NCBI RefSeq assembly: GCF_009914755.1
Contig: NC_060931.1
From: the human T2T-CHM13v2.0 reference genome, Homo sapiens
Reading direction: 5' to 3' (one strand)
DNA: 64,000 nt
The notes below the pieces were generated by a model. The model was not told the DNA's origin, did no database searches, and saw nothing but the letters and a program-made list of their open reading frames with translations. Position 1 is the first letter of the stretch. Each line of letters opens with the position of its first letter. Below, piece after piece: positions 31,368-46,370 of this stretch. The translations under genes were made by a program, and so were the position numbers.

Positions 31368-32241
31368 TTAAGAAGAGGTCACATGGAATTATTTATACCT
31401 CACTTTCAGCCGAGGTCCTAAAGGACACTAAGCAAAACAAGGGTTACCAGTTTCTTCCATATTTCCCAATGACATGCTCCCCAACCAAAGTGCGCCTTGC
31501 AAGGTGGTCTGCCCAACCTGTTCTTGAGGCCCTTAGCTGATCATCAGCTTGAGTATACAAAAGCATTGAGCAGTGACATCGAGAGAAGTTATCTTTTAGG
31601 GAAAGTTGTTTGAGTGATTTGAGTGCAGGGGAGTCATTTGCTTTTTACCCTAAGTTTGCTAAGGTCCTGATATTTCTCACCTAAGCAATGCTTAACAGGA
31701 AGAGAAATAGAGAAAGGTTGGAACTGTCGCTACCTCAGATGGCAAAGCAGGGAGAGGGAACATTTGTGGAAGTAGCTGCATGTCTACCACTTGGTGAAAT
31801 GAGAGTGCATGCATTCTCATGGGACCAGGAGCTGCCACGTGCACAGTGCAGGCAGGAGCACCTTGTCTGGACTGGACTGTGTTTAGGGCATCCCACATGG
31901 ATTAGGCATCACCAGCTGCCATTACCATAGTGTAGAATTCAAACCGGTTTGTACAAGGTCACTATATAATGTAAATTCCCAGGAACCCAATAAAAGATAA
32001 GGTACCATGAAATAAATGACCGTATGAAACATACAACAAAATCAGAGAGCAGAGTTCTTCATAGTACCCCTCTTCTTAACTCTAATTCCTCTCCCAGAGG
32101 TGAAGAAAGCAGGTGAGAGGTGCCTGATGTGAGGGACATCCACAGACCTTAAGGGACAACCAACTCTGCATAGCTGGGGAAAACCAAGTGTCCACCTGGA
32201 GAATACACCCAGAGAAATACAGGAATTGATGGGTGATTCTA

Positions 32242-32630
32242 CTCATCTATTCATTCAATTAATAATTGATTACATTTTTGGTACTAGGATATGATACTGT
32301 GCAAAAAGCAATTTATGATCTAGATAGGTAAACTGTCATTAATTAAATGAGATAATAAATACATGAATAATTGTTATTCGGTTAAAAGTTATGAGTGAGA
32401 GATGTGTATGGTGAAAGAAACTAGAAGGGTCAAGGGGAAAATAATTTGATGTGTGAAGAAAAAGAAACTATTAACTAGGTAAGGAAGAAAGAAAGAGAAT
32501 ATTCCAGGAAGAGGAAAAGCATTAACAAATATTTTGTGGTGGAAGGAAACAAAGAGGTTCATAAAAATAAAAGTCCAGTGTAATGACATTGCAGAGTACA
32601 GTTTCACAGATGTGTGTAGGCTAGATCATT
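32242..32630 (-). mobile_element. L2 3' end
   Basis: TTCATTCAATTAATAATTG..GGTACTAGGATATG..ATTCCAGGAAGAGGAAAAGCA. Confidence 0.6.
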
Positions 32631-33927
32631 TATATAGAAAGAAAACATATAAATACAATTTCTTCTGACTGATAAAACATATATCAATCCTGGTTTCTAA
32701 TATTTCCTATTCTATCATTTATTGGATTTACAACTCATTGTTTTGGCTTTTCAAAGGTGATAGAAAGGTTGTAACTAAGGACAGAAAGGTTGTTTTAGCA
32801 AATTTTGTTTTTAATCTAAAAAGCTATCTTATTGTCCTCTAATAATTTCCAGTCTCAACAGTGTAACTCACAGAAATTGAAAATTATAGGATTTAAGGCT
32901 ACTCTCTGTCATTACAGGCTTATACTTGACAGGCAAAAGTAATACATTAAAATACAAAGAAACAAGGGTAAAATGAATGTTTCATACAAATAAAAGCAAT
33001 CTCAAAGAAGAGAATATAGCAGAAAACACCATCAAAATCTGTGCAGTTCCTTCATTAAGACTGTCAAATAAATTTTCACTGAGAGAGAGATTGCTTTTTG
33101 TTTTGGCTTTTGTGGCAGAGTCAGTTTCATCTGTTTGCTTGTTGGTTTTCTCCTTGGATTTAAAACTAAACCTGACCAGTGATCTACATTTTTGCATTAA
33201 GTGCTAGCATTTAGGAATGTCAAAGTATTAGCATAAGCTTCCACATGGAAGTATAAATAATTCACGGGGTGTGTGGTTTGCAGTATCTCACAGGGAATAT
33301 AAAGTTGGCATGCATCAAAGGTGAGCAAAGTGATTAATTATTGTTAAAATGCCAAATGAGAATGCCTTTCCCTGACAAAGCAATCTGTGCCCAGACAAAC
33401 TGCTTGGGTGGTTTGATGGACAGACCAAAGTGACATAATTCTTTTTAGTTTCTGATTCAGAAAAAAAAATGTGGTATGGGGGATCCATGCAGCCAGTGGG
33501 CCCTGGATACTGGGAGGATGTCCTTAATCGACCTCGACATCTGCAGCTCTGTAATATGCAAGCACTCAGCTCTGATAGCTTGTGATAGATTGTTGAACTA
33601 CAGGAGGCATTCCAGGGAGACTCTGCATGATTAATAAACATTAAGAGCTTTTCATGTGGTATAAACCATCTAATTTATATTTCTGAAAGGTCATGGTTCA
33701 GCATTTTTAATGCATGGTTTAAATTTATTTTTTCATAACAAGTGTTTGTGGAGAGGGAGTGGGTGAGTGTCTTGTAGTATGTTTAAAGAAATAATTTTCA
33801 CTATAGGTTTCTCTGAACTCTTAGTTTTGAGAAACCTGAAAAATGATGCACAATATGGATCATTTTCTTTGCAGTTAGATTAGCACTATATGATGCTATT
33901 CATATATATTTTAAATAATTTTTAAAT

Positions 33928-33977
33928 CTGCATGTTGTCCACATGTACCCTAGAACTTAAAGTATAATAAAAAAAAA
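33928..33977 (+). mobile_element. Extremely 5'-truncated L1PA 3' terminus with poly-A
   Basis: CTGCATGTTGTCCACATGTACCCTAGAACTTAAAGTATAATAAAAAAAAA matches the L1PA 3' terminus. Confidence 0.85.
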
Positions 33978-33989
33978 CTATTTTAAATA

Positions 33990-34327
33990 AGGGAATAGGT
34001 GGAGCACTGAGGATTTTTAGGGCAGGGAAACTATATTGTATGTACCATAGTGGTGGATGAATGTCATTTTATTTGTCTAAACTCATAGGATGTACAAAAT
34101 CAAGAATGCACCCTATTGTAAACTATGGACTTTGGGTGATAATAATGTGTTGGTGTAGGTTCTTCGATTTCCACCCTGGGAGGGTATGTTGATAGTGAGG
34201 GAGGCTGTCTGAGAGAGCGAGTACAGAGTATATGGGAAATCTCTGTAATTTCTGCTCAGTTTTGCTGGGCTCTAAATTAAAAGTTGCTTAAAAAAAACTT
34301 CTTTAAAAATGAAGTCTATTTAAAAAA
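33990..34327 (+). mobile_element. L1MC1/2-like 3' UTR
   Basis: GAATAGGTGGAGCACTGAGGATTTTTAGGGCAG..TGTAAACTATGGACTTTGGGTGATAAT. Confidence 0.8.
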
Positions 34328-34422
34328 TAGTTTTTCTTGTGTTTTTCAATGCCTATTTTGGGAGTTCAGAACAACTGGCCAAGTGTGTAAAATATAAAAA
34401 TAATTCTCAAACACTTGCTGAT

Positions 34423-34979
34423 TATGGCAGACGGTTTTCAAAGATGGCCACAGTAATTCCTTCCAGCCCCACATATGCAGGCTTTTGCAATATGATTTCT
34501 CCCATCAAGGAATGGAGTCTAATTCTCATGCTTTATCCCTGGTCTCACGACTTGTTTTGACCAACAGAACACAATAGAAGTGCTATGTTGGGAGGGCTGA
34601 ACCTTGACCTCAAAAAGACTTAAATCTTCCATTCTCCCTACCTGCACGTTACCTACCTATATGGTAGGTAACATGATATGAGGAAATCTTGCTTAGCCTC
34701 CTAAAGATAAAAGATCATGTGGCAAGTGAGAATGCCAGAGGATGGGCAGCGCCAAGCTCCAGGCACATGACAGACACCACTGTGGACCACCTAACCCAAG
34801 TCCACTTACCAGCACTGCAACCACAGCAGCGACCCCAGGCAGAACAGCCAAGAGCTGCCCCTTTTATCTGGGCCTAAATCACTGAACAAGGCTCATGAGC
34901 TGATGCGATGATTGATGTTATAAGCCACCGAGGTTTTTGTCTCTATGTTTTGTTCTTTCAGCAATAGATAATTGATATA
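34423..34979 (+). mobile_element. MLT1H-like MaLR LTR
   Basis: AAAGATGGCCACAG..GACTTGTTTTGACCAACAGAA..TAAGCCAC..CAGCAATAGATAATTGATATA. Confidence 0.75.
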
Positions 34980-35171
34980 TCCTGGTACATTCTCTATCAA
35001 ATTACAAATTGGAGTTTTTATAATGAACCATAAAAACTTGTTCATTTCTATAGTTTGGACAGCTCCTTTGTACGAATACATAATTTTAGAAACAGACATT
35101 TTTATAAAAATATTTTTTAATTTATTTTTTGCAAGAAGAGCACTTTTTTCTTTTTTTTCTCCTGACTTCCT

Positions 35172-35631
35172 CTTTTTATTTTATTTTATTTTTAAAATTT
35201 TACTTTAAGTTCTAGGATACATGTGCAGAACGTGCAGGTTTGTTACATAGGCATACATGTGCCATGGTGGTTTGCTGCACCTATCAACCCATCATCTAGG
35301 TTTTAAGCCCCACATGCATTAGGTATTTGTCCTAATGCTCTCCCTTCCCTTGCCCTCCACCCCCTGACAGGCCCCGGTGTGTGATGTTCCCCTCTCTGTA
35401 TCCATGTGTTCTCACTGTTTGACTCCCACTTATGAGTGAGAACATGTGGTGTTTGGTTTTCTGTTTCTGTGTTAATTTGCCGAGAATGAAGATTTCCAGC
35501 TTCATCCACGTCCCTGCAAAGGATGTGAATTCATTCTTTTTTATGGCTGCATAGTAGTCCATGGTGTATACGTGCTACGTTTTCTTTATCCAGTCCATCG
35601 TAATCTACAAGGAACTTACACAAATTTACAA
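35172..35631 (-). mobile_element. L1PA7/8-like 3' end with a 30-bp inverted ORF2 fragment at its 5' junction
   Basis: TTTAAGTTCTAGGATACATGTGCAGAACGTGCAGG..; ORF MDYYAAIKKNEFTSFAGTWMKLE; plus-strand AATCTACAAGGAACTTACACAAATTTACAA at 35602-35631. Confidence 0.88.
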
Positions 35632-35859
35632 TAACTCTTTTTTCTATTCCCTTCCCTCATCCCAATCCCTGTCTTCACTCCCAGGCAATTAACAACAAAC
35701 ATCACAGGTAACTAGGAGGAGAGCAAGGAAGGGAGTCCACCTAGAGAGACCTAGAACAGATTCAAAACAGTGGGGCAATATTTCCAATATTGCAGGTAGT
35801 TCTTTGGCAACACTTTACTGACAAACATTCTTTGGAAAATCATCTACTTTTTTGCTCTC

Positions 35860-36516
35860 TATTTTTTAAAATATTTTAACTTTCATTTTAGCTGAAAGGT
35901 GTATGTGCAGGTGTGGTATATAGGTAAACTTGTGTCTGAGGGTTCATCATTGTGCAGATTATTGTGTCACCCAGGTATCAATCCTAGAATGCATTTCTTT
36001 TTTCTGATCCTCTCCCTTCCTCCAACCTCCTGTAGGCCCCACTGTCTGTTGTGTCTGCCCCTCTTATGTGTCCACATGTTCTCATCATGAAGCTCCCACT
36101 TCTCACTTATAAATGAGTACATGTGGTATTTGGTTTTCTGTTCCTGCATTAGTTTGCTAAAGATAATAGCCTCCAGCTCCTTGTTCCTGCATCTGTGTTC
36201 CTGCAAGGGACATGATCTTGTTCTTTTTATGGCTGCATAGTATTCCATGGTGTATATGTACCACATTTTCTTTATCCAGTATATCACTGATGGGCATTTA
36301 GGTTGATTCCATGTTTTTGCTATTGTGAATAGTGCTGCAATGAACATATGCATGCAGGTATCTTTATGGTAGAATGATCTACATTCCTTTGAATATAATC
36401 CCAGTAATGAGATTGCTGGGTTGAATGGCATTTCCGTTTTTAGTTCTTTGAGGAATTGCCTCACTGCTTTCCACATTGGTTAAACTAATTTACACTCCCA
36501 CCAGCAGTGTAAAAGC
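35860..36516 (-). mobile_element. Older L1PA (about PA13-16) 3' end
   Basis: ORF 35967-36476 contains HMFIAALFTIAKTWNQPKCPS..WIKKMWYIYTMEYYAAIK (ORF2p C-terminus). Confidence 0.88.
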
Positions 36517-37349
36517 AAGAAAAAGACTTTCAATAGGCTTATAAAATTAACAACTGTCACTCTTGTTCTACTTAAGTAAGGGTTTATCAGTAAAAATAAA
36601 GTCTAATAAATCCAAGAGTAGAGATAAATAATTAATTGCCAATATTGCTCCTTTCTTTATTTATCTTCCAGAATTTCTTTCACTCTTAAATTTTCTTTCT
36701 AGATTTAAATTTAAATAAAATTTTAAAATTATGCGGAATCGTTTGGTGCTTTCCTTAAAAATCTAAATTTTTCAATAACAGAGTTAAGAATAAAATCGTC
36801 TCAACAACTTGTCTTTTCAAAAACTCCTTCACTTATTCATCACCCCAATACCCAATACCCTAGGGAATCAAGAAATGGCCATGAAGAAAAAAATTAGCTT
36901 TCAGAAACTAGTTTTTCAGTATAAGCATTTTCTCATATATTTTGTATTATCAGAGAAAATGTATTTATATTGGTTTCTTAAGAGATAAACTAAATTTTTT
37001 AAAAGTTATTTGAGATTTGGCTGAATGCTGAGCATCACTGTTATTTTTTAAATAAGGAGCCTCCTGCCAACTTGCATTACTAGTTTGTTATAATTATTTT
37101 ATATTATATCCGTTAGTGACACCTTCATTTTAATGAAATATATTTGCACACTTCATTTAGCTTCTCAGAAATTATGGAACTTTACAACCTGCTTTTAAGC
37201 ACATCATTTATTTTTCAAAGATAGCACCACAGAATTCAGACTCCTTGCTCAAGAACAGGTAAATATTTGTTTCCCCAACTCATTCTGATGAAGTGGTCAG
37301 CCATCCTTGGACATTGATGATACAGGCAAACATTATCACAATATTATTA

Positions 37350-37470
37350 GCTCAGAACTTGGAAAGTCACAAATCTACTTTGAATCTAGGTTTTGCAATT
37401 AACTAAGTCCACTAACTTACTACACATTGAAACATGTACTTAAATCATCTATGGTTGCCTCATCTGTCAT
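37350..37470 (+). mobile_element. MIR fragment
   Basis: TTTGAATCTAGGTTTTGCAATTAACTA..CCTCATCTGT. Confidence 0.45.
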
Positions 37471-38199
37471 GCTAGCCTTGATGCTAATTCTGAGGCTTTC
37501 TGATCATCTATAGAAGTTATCTGTGCCTGATACATAACTGTTTAATAAGCCATGGATATTATCATGATTTTATAACAGTACTCAAGCAGGCAGGGGCAGC
37601 ATCCACCCCTCACAGTCCTGTCCAGCTGCATCTTCAGAATTTATGTGGTCGGCCCCATGAGGATTGCTCCAGTTTGATAATGTTCTGTCACATATGCTGC
37701 TCTTCTCAATTTGTCAATATCTCACAAAAGTCTCCAAATGAATGATGAATGAACTGTTGGTGCTGATTCAAAGAAAAAGAGCCACAAATCAAGCAGTCAG
37801 ACACTCATCTGCCTTCCCGTAGTTGCTGCTTTCTCAGGAGAGAGAAATTTCTTTGAACATTGGAATCAGCAATTGACAAAGACATATTCCCAAATGACAC
37901 TTTGCTACTTAACCATCTTTAAGTATTAAGTGTTTCTTAATTTAATAAGAAAGGGGAGCTGAGCTAAACCTGTCCCTGAAACCATCCTAGAGAAGCACCT
38001 GCCAGCAGCAAAGCTGTTGAAATGAATAAATAAGATTAAACAACTATGGGAAATATGTTTAGAGAGGAAACTTCAAATAACATAAACCATAATAAGTAAA
38101 AATACAAATGTTTTCAGTATGAACTAACTAAATAACATTTTTAGATTCAGGATTTGAGAAGAAATGAGGGCTGATAGAGGGATTGTGGGTTTGCTAATT

Positions 38200-39700
<1,501 letters not shown>

Positions 39701-39704
39701 TAAA

Positions 39705-42700
39705 GGAAACCCAGAGTTAAGAGAGGAAACACTACAAGGACACTAGAGAATTGGGAGGCATCTGGCACCTATAGCTTCAGAAAACATTAAATACAGCCGG
39801 AAACCTAGCCAAGTTGGCAAAAACAAGCAAACAAACAAACAACAAATACATCTCATACTAACAGCCTTTTAATTTCAATTCCTATTTCTTAATACATTAT
39901 GTCTGGCTTTTAACAACAAATTATAAGGCATACTAAATGACAAAGAAAAAACCCCACAACTTGAAGATACTGGGTAAGCATCAGAACAAGACTGAGGGCA
40001 GAGACTTTGGATTTAAAAGACCTGGAAGTTAAAACAACTATAATTAATATGCTAATATTTCTAATGGAAAGAGTGGAAAATGCAAGGACAGGTGATTAAT
40101 CTAAGTAAGGATATGGAAGCAAAAAGAAATGCTAGAAATCAAAATCACTGTAACAGAAATAAAGAGTTGTTTTGATGAGCTCACTGCCAAATTGGACATG
40201 CCAAAAGAAAAAATGTCAATAGAAACTTCCAAAATTGAAATGCAAAGAGAAACAAGGATGAAAAAGACAGAACAGAATATTCAATAACTGTGGGCCAATT
40301 ACAAAAGATGTAATGTATGCATAATGGGAACATCAGAGGAAGAAAGAAAGTGAGGAGCAGAATAAATATTTGAAGCAATAATGAGAGAGAATTTCTCAAA
40401 ATTAATGATAAACACAAAACCACAGATTCAGGATATTCAGAAAACACCAAGCAGGATAAGTACCAAAATATTTACACTTATGCATATCATTTTTAACCTG
40501 TGGAAAACCAAAGACAAAGACAAATCCTTAAAAGAAGACAGAAAAACAAAACAAAATGAAAACAAAATACTATTGAGGAACAAGAATAAGAATTACATCA
40601 GACTTTCACAAACCATGCAAACAAGATCAGAGTGAAGTGAAATCTTTAAATTGTGGAAAGAAGAAAAAAAGTCTTGAAAATTCTATCCAGAGAAAGAAAT
40701 CTTCAAAAGTTAAGAAGTAATTATTCATCACCCGCAGAAATGCTATTCAAGAAACACTAAAATTTCTTCAGGGAGACAAAAAATAATATTTGTCAAAAAC
40801 TCAGATATACATAATGAAACTAAGAGTATTAGAAAAGACATAAAGTTAAAATAAAGATTATAAAAGCAAAAAACAAGTGCTGCAAATAGAAAACAATCAT
40901 ACACATGGTAGATACTAACCCAACTACATCAATAATTTTTTAAATGTAAGTGATATAATCTCACCAATTAAAAGTTGGAGACTGTTGGGGTGAATTAAGA
41001 AAAAAAGACCCAACTCTATCAAAAGAAAGCTGGAGTGGCTATATTATTTTTAGACATGTTGATGTCAGAACAAGGGAAAATATAAGAGACAAAGGAGGAA
41101 ATTACAGACTGATGAAGGAGTCAATTCTCCAAGAAGACAAAACAGTCCTAAATGTGTGTGAGCCTAACAACGGTGTCAAAATATGTGAAACAAAACACAG
41201 AAGTGAAAGGAGAAATATAGAAATCTGCTAACAGAGTTGGAGACTCACAACACCCTCTTTTAGTAGTTGATAGATAAGACAGAAAATCAATAAAGATATA
41301 GTTAATGTGAACAACATCATCAATCAATTGCATTTAATTGACATTTATAGAATACTCCCTCCAACAACACCACAGCACAAATTCTTCTCAAGCTTGCATG
41401 AAGTATCCATCAATATAGGCCACATTCAAGGCCATAAAATATATCCTAACTACTATACAAAAATAGAAATAAAATAAAGTATGTTCTCAGACCACAATGG
41501 GATTAAATTATTAAATAATAACATAATATAGCTGGAAAATCCTCAGATACCTAGAAATTAAACAACTTAGTTTCATGTAATATATAGGTCACAGGAGTTT
41601 CAACAACAATTAAAATATTTTGAACTAAATGAAAATGCAAATTTATGAAAATTGTGGGATGCGATGAAGTAATACTTAGAAGCAAACTTACAGCAATTAA
41701 TGCATATGTTATATAAGCAGAAATCTAAAATCAGTAACCTAAATTTCCATCTTGGAAAACTAGAAAAAGTAGAAAAATTTATGTCTAAAGCAAGCAGATG
41801 AAAAGGATTAGCAAAAATTAGAGCAAAAATAAATAAAATTGAAAATAAGAATTTACAGAGAAAATCAATGTAACTAAAAGATTTTTTTTGAAAAGATCAA
41901 TAAAACTGATAAATATCTATCTAGGCTAACAAAAAAGAAAAGACAAAAGACACCAATTGCCAATACTGAAATGAAAAAGAGGTAATAACTATTGATCCCA
42001 TGGACATTAAAATGATGTTGAAGGAACACCACAAATAACTCTATTCCCACAAAGTTGATGAACTAGACGGAATAGAACAAATTCCTTGTTCTACAAACTA
42101 CCAAAAGTCACACAAGGAAAAAGATATAATCTGAGTAAGCCTATGTCTATTAAATCAATAATTAGCAACTTTCCAAAACCAAAATGACAAAGCCCAGTGA
42201 CTTTATTGGTGAATTACCAAACATTTAAGGAAAAAGTGATACCACTTCTCTGTAATTTTTTTCAGAAAATAGAAGTGGCAACAATTTCTAACTCATTCTA
42301 TAGGTCAGAGTCATCTATATGGTAAGGATTATAGTTATGTAATTCAGCATAATTGTGTGTTTAACTTAACATAGAAATATGTACAGATATGTGTATAAAG
42401 AAATATTAATAGATGTGTGTACATACACAAGTTAATATACAAACATATATCTCCTTTTGTTAGCAGAGAAAGGCTGGAAGCAAAGGCACCTCACTAGCAA
42501 TGACAACACCAGATGACCAGATGCTGGCTCCTTGGCAAACTGGCAAATTCTTGGCATGAGGCAAGAAATATACAACATAAGCCTAGATCTTCTTGTAGTT
42601 CCAAAAAGTAAGAAAATGTTCAAAACACATAGCAACAACAACAACAACAAAAAAACAAAACAAACAAAAAAGGAAACCTCTAGAATTTGGGAGAGAGAGA

Positions 42701-43500
42701 TATGAATGGGACTCAGGACCTTACTGAAAAAAACTCCCAGTGACTAAATCTACAACAATTAGGGCAAAAATAAAGTAGTATTGGATTATAATTCAAGGGA
42801 TAGAATAAATATCCACAAAACCATATTGATATGCATGAATGATTCAATGCATAATAAATGCAGGAGAACAGACAAATCTCCCACACAAAAAGTTCCAAAG
42901 GGAGTAGAGCAGAACCCTCTACTTTCTACAATTCTTACAATGTGGGCTGTGCACAGTGACTTCCTTCCCAGGAGGACAGTATGAAAAGGCTGAGGAATCA
43001 CCTTACAGTGGAGAAACCTGGAAAATACTGCCTTAGCCAGGTGATCACTTCAACATCAGCAGTGATGAATCATGCGATTAGTATGCACCTTTGATATAAT
43101 GTGATGAAAACAGCAGCTTACCTCTGTTGTCTTGCTGCCCAGAACACATGACTCCACTGTAACCATGAGAAAAACATCAAATGGCGATAGAAGAACATTT
43201 TACAAAATACCAGACTAGCACAAGTCAAAACTGTCAAGATCATCAAAAACAAGGAAGCCCTGAGAAACTGTTACAGCCCAGAGGCATCTAAGAAGAGATG
43301 GTGACTAAATGTAATGTGCTATCTGGACATTATGTTAAGAAAATCTAAAGATATAATTGATTATACTTAACAAATTGGTATTGGTTTTTAAATCACGCAT
43401 ATGTACCATATTCATATTGATGTTAAACGGTGAATAAGGGGGAACCGAGTGTGTGGTAAATGGGAACTCTACACTACCTTTGCAATGTTTTTCACAACTG
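39705..43500 (+). mobile_element. L1MD/L1MC-type element: 5' UTR, ORF1, N-terminal ORF2, then 3' UTR
   Basis: ORF1-like ENFSKLMINTKPQIQDIQKTPSRI; endonuclease-region CAATTGCATTTAATTGACATTTATAGAA; jumps at ~42315 to a 3' UTR ending TGGGAACTCTACACTACCTTTGCAA. Confidence 0.8.
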
Positions 43501-44002
43501 AATGATGAGGCTGAGCATCATGCAAGTCCATAGGAGATGGCATTTCGTGGGCTGTTTCTTTATCTATACTTTACATAGGCTAATGGCATAAAGACCACAC
43601 GGTTCAACAGCCGTCATTTTACAGGGTGTAGAAGTGAAATCAGGCCGTCCTGACTTGAGCTTTGCTAATAGTCTCATTTAATCACCACCTCCCGCTCAAA
43701 ACCTTTCAATTGACGATAAATATGTATGTACAAGAAACAGACTGAGAGGAGAGGGTTCAAGGTTATACTTCTTAAAACATACCTATGCTGGTGAAGTTTT
43801 GCTTCTTACTCAACCAGCATCTGTTTTGAAATGAATGACATCTTATGGAATTTGACAAACTAGGAACTATCCTTGCTTAACTAAAAAGGCTCTACATTTC
43901 TGAATAGAGTCCAATTAAGATTGTTTGGATGAGACAAGATTTTCTTCAAAATATAAAATTTGGTAACATATATTCAACTAGTGACCATATTTTCAACTTT
44001 CT

Positions 44003-44302
44003 TTTTTTTAGAGATGGGGGCCTCACTCTGTCACCCGGACTGCATTGCATTGACACTATTACAGCTCATTGCAGCCTCAAACTCCTGGGCTCAGAAGATC
44101 CTCCCACTTTAACCTCACCAGCAGCTGGGACTATAGGCCTGGGTCATCAAGTCCAGCTAATTTTTTCTTTAAAAGAATTATTTTTTAGAGACAGAGGTCT
44201 TGCTATGCTGCCCAGGCAGGTCTTGAACCCTGGCCTCAAGCAATCCTCTTGCCTTGGCCTCTCAAAGTGCTGGGATTGCAGATATGAATCAATACCCCCA
44301 AC
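44003..44302 (-). mobile_element. AluJ
   Basis: GCAGCCTCAAACTCCTGGGCTCA..CTATGCTGCCCAGGC; TSD-like tcaacttt/tcaatttt. Confidence 0.88.
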
Positions 44303-46249
44303 CTCAATTTTATATCAGCTAGCTGCATTATTATTTCCTCTTTGCCTGACAAACTATTTGTTTACATTTATGTTAAGTTTTTCTTCTCAGGATTGAGCAC
44401 CAGGTTGAAATTATATATACTGTATAAACTGTGTGTATATTTTTCATATATACAAATATATATATATGAAATGCCATACACATAGTTCTTTATGTTTCCA
44501 AATTCAATTAATGAATTAAGATCTGTATGACTTCAGAGTCATAGAATTACTGATTTTCAAAATTTTCAATTTTGCCTAAGATGAGAACTGCTGTATTTTA
44601 GCACGTTTATAAAGACAACACAAAAACATATCAACACTAAATTACATTTTTAAAAACAAAATCCAATAGCTGTCGAAAGTTTATTTAATCATCACACATC
44701 GGGACAAATTTTTACATGCTGAAAACAGTTAAAATAAAAGATTGTCACAATATACCTTTTAAAATTGTCTTTTCAGTTAACATTAATTTACATTCTAACA
44801 AATTGCTTAGTTAAGAAAGAAAGTTTTCCAAACATCCAAAAAGGTTTTCAAAAGTTTAGTAAGACAAATCTTGTATAAACTCAATAAATAAATGAAATAT
44901 GTTTTTCTATAGAACTCTGGTTAGAAAAATTACTATTTATTACATAAAATATTATTTTACATAGGCATTTTTTACCTACCTTGTACCTGATCCTAAAGTT
45001 ATCTGCTAAGTAATTCAGTAAGGTTTAATTATTGCAATTAGACATATAGGCCTTTAAAAAGTTAATAGACATATCTGCAAATATACAATTGAACTTGAAT
45101 AGTTTTTAAGCTTTAAACTTCTATTTCAAAGAACTCTTTGCCCAACTGGGCATGAAGAAATAGAGAATGTTGAGTTTCACGAAAATCTCGATTCCCTTTT
45201 GCACTTTTCTTTTTATAAATATAATTCTCAAACAAAACATAACTAGGAGATCCATACAGAAACTCTTAAGTTCAACTAGTGTCTCATAAAAATGAAAGGA
45301 CTGCCTGTTTTCTAAGCCTCTAGTATTCAGGTCTGTGACAACCCTTTTATCACATAGATACAGAAAAAGCTTCTAACAATTTCTGAACTGCATATGTAGC
45401 AAAAAGATTGTTAGACCAACATTGAAAAAGAAAAAACCCAAAATTTATGTATTTTAGGATTTTTAAATCTATAAGAATATCAACTGTAATACATGCTTAT
45501 AGTTGCATTAATTAGAAAGCTATAATGTATTCATTATATTACGTATTTATCATAAAATGATTGTTTTATACTGCATAAGTGTCATTTTTTCTATAGAAAA
45601 TAGTTCAGAAATAAAAATGCATTATTCAATTGAATATAATAGTTTATGCTATAGAGTATGGTAATATTCTAGGCTATAAAGAATAATTCTCTAGCCCTGA
45701 AGTAACAGAAAATAAGCTGCTTTAGGTAAGCAAATAAAAATTGGATTCTTACTCTCTTATTCTTGAAACACATCACTAATCTCAAAAATAACTAGCAATA
45801 GCTAGTAAAATTCAAACTAATCTTTGCTGGTGGAAATGGAAAATGAGGGTTTGAAGAAGGAATGTCTAAAATAAGTATAGAAATCACAGGACTTCACTGC
45901 AATTCAGAGACAAAAGATGCTAATTTTTGGAAAGAGGCAATTGCTAAAAAGTACTTGCAGAAAATAACTTGTCTTTATGTAAGTTTTACTCTCCAACTAG
46001 CACAGTTGTATTTTGTTTGTTTTTAGTTTTTTGACTCTTGAAAGTACAGGTGCTGTGCACCTGTGGGCCTGATAATTGCCTGTCCAGTGGAATATGAAGG
46101 AACAGAAACCAGAAACCTCTTATCGAGTTTAACCAACAGAGAGGTGCTGTTAGAGTTTAAAGGAAGTGATTCTACCTGGGTCTTCATCAGCTGCATGAAA
46201 ATGTATTCAGAATTACGGCACAGTGAAAGAAAAACAGTCCAACAGGTCT

Positions 46250-46370
46250 GCACGTGGATCTGAAATGTGATTTACTCTCCAGAATCTGAGCAAATGCTTA
46301 ACCTATCTGTGGCTCAGTTTCTCATTTATATGGTGAGGATCATAATACCCATAACTTGTGCTGTTTTCTA
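46250..46370 (+). mobile_element. MIR fragment
   Basis: GAGCAAATGCTTAACCTATCTGTGGCTCAGTTTCTCATTTAT. Confidence 0.65.

Noticed and set aside
35967-36476. 169-aa ORF with recognisable protein motifs
   Set aside because: Decayed L1 ORF2p C-terminus within a truncated L1PA; not a host gene.
43929-44396. 155-aa ORF, and similar ORFs at 11.1-11.6, 17.2, 21.8 and 23.3 kb
   Set aside because: Alu-derived translations (LECSG/AHCSL/PASAS-type motifs).
46027-46245. Possible coding exon (acceptor-like tttttag and a 66-aa ORF)
   Set aside because: Weak donor, no recognisable homology, and it runs into a MIR.
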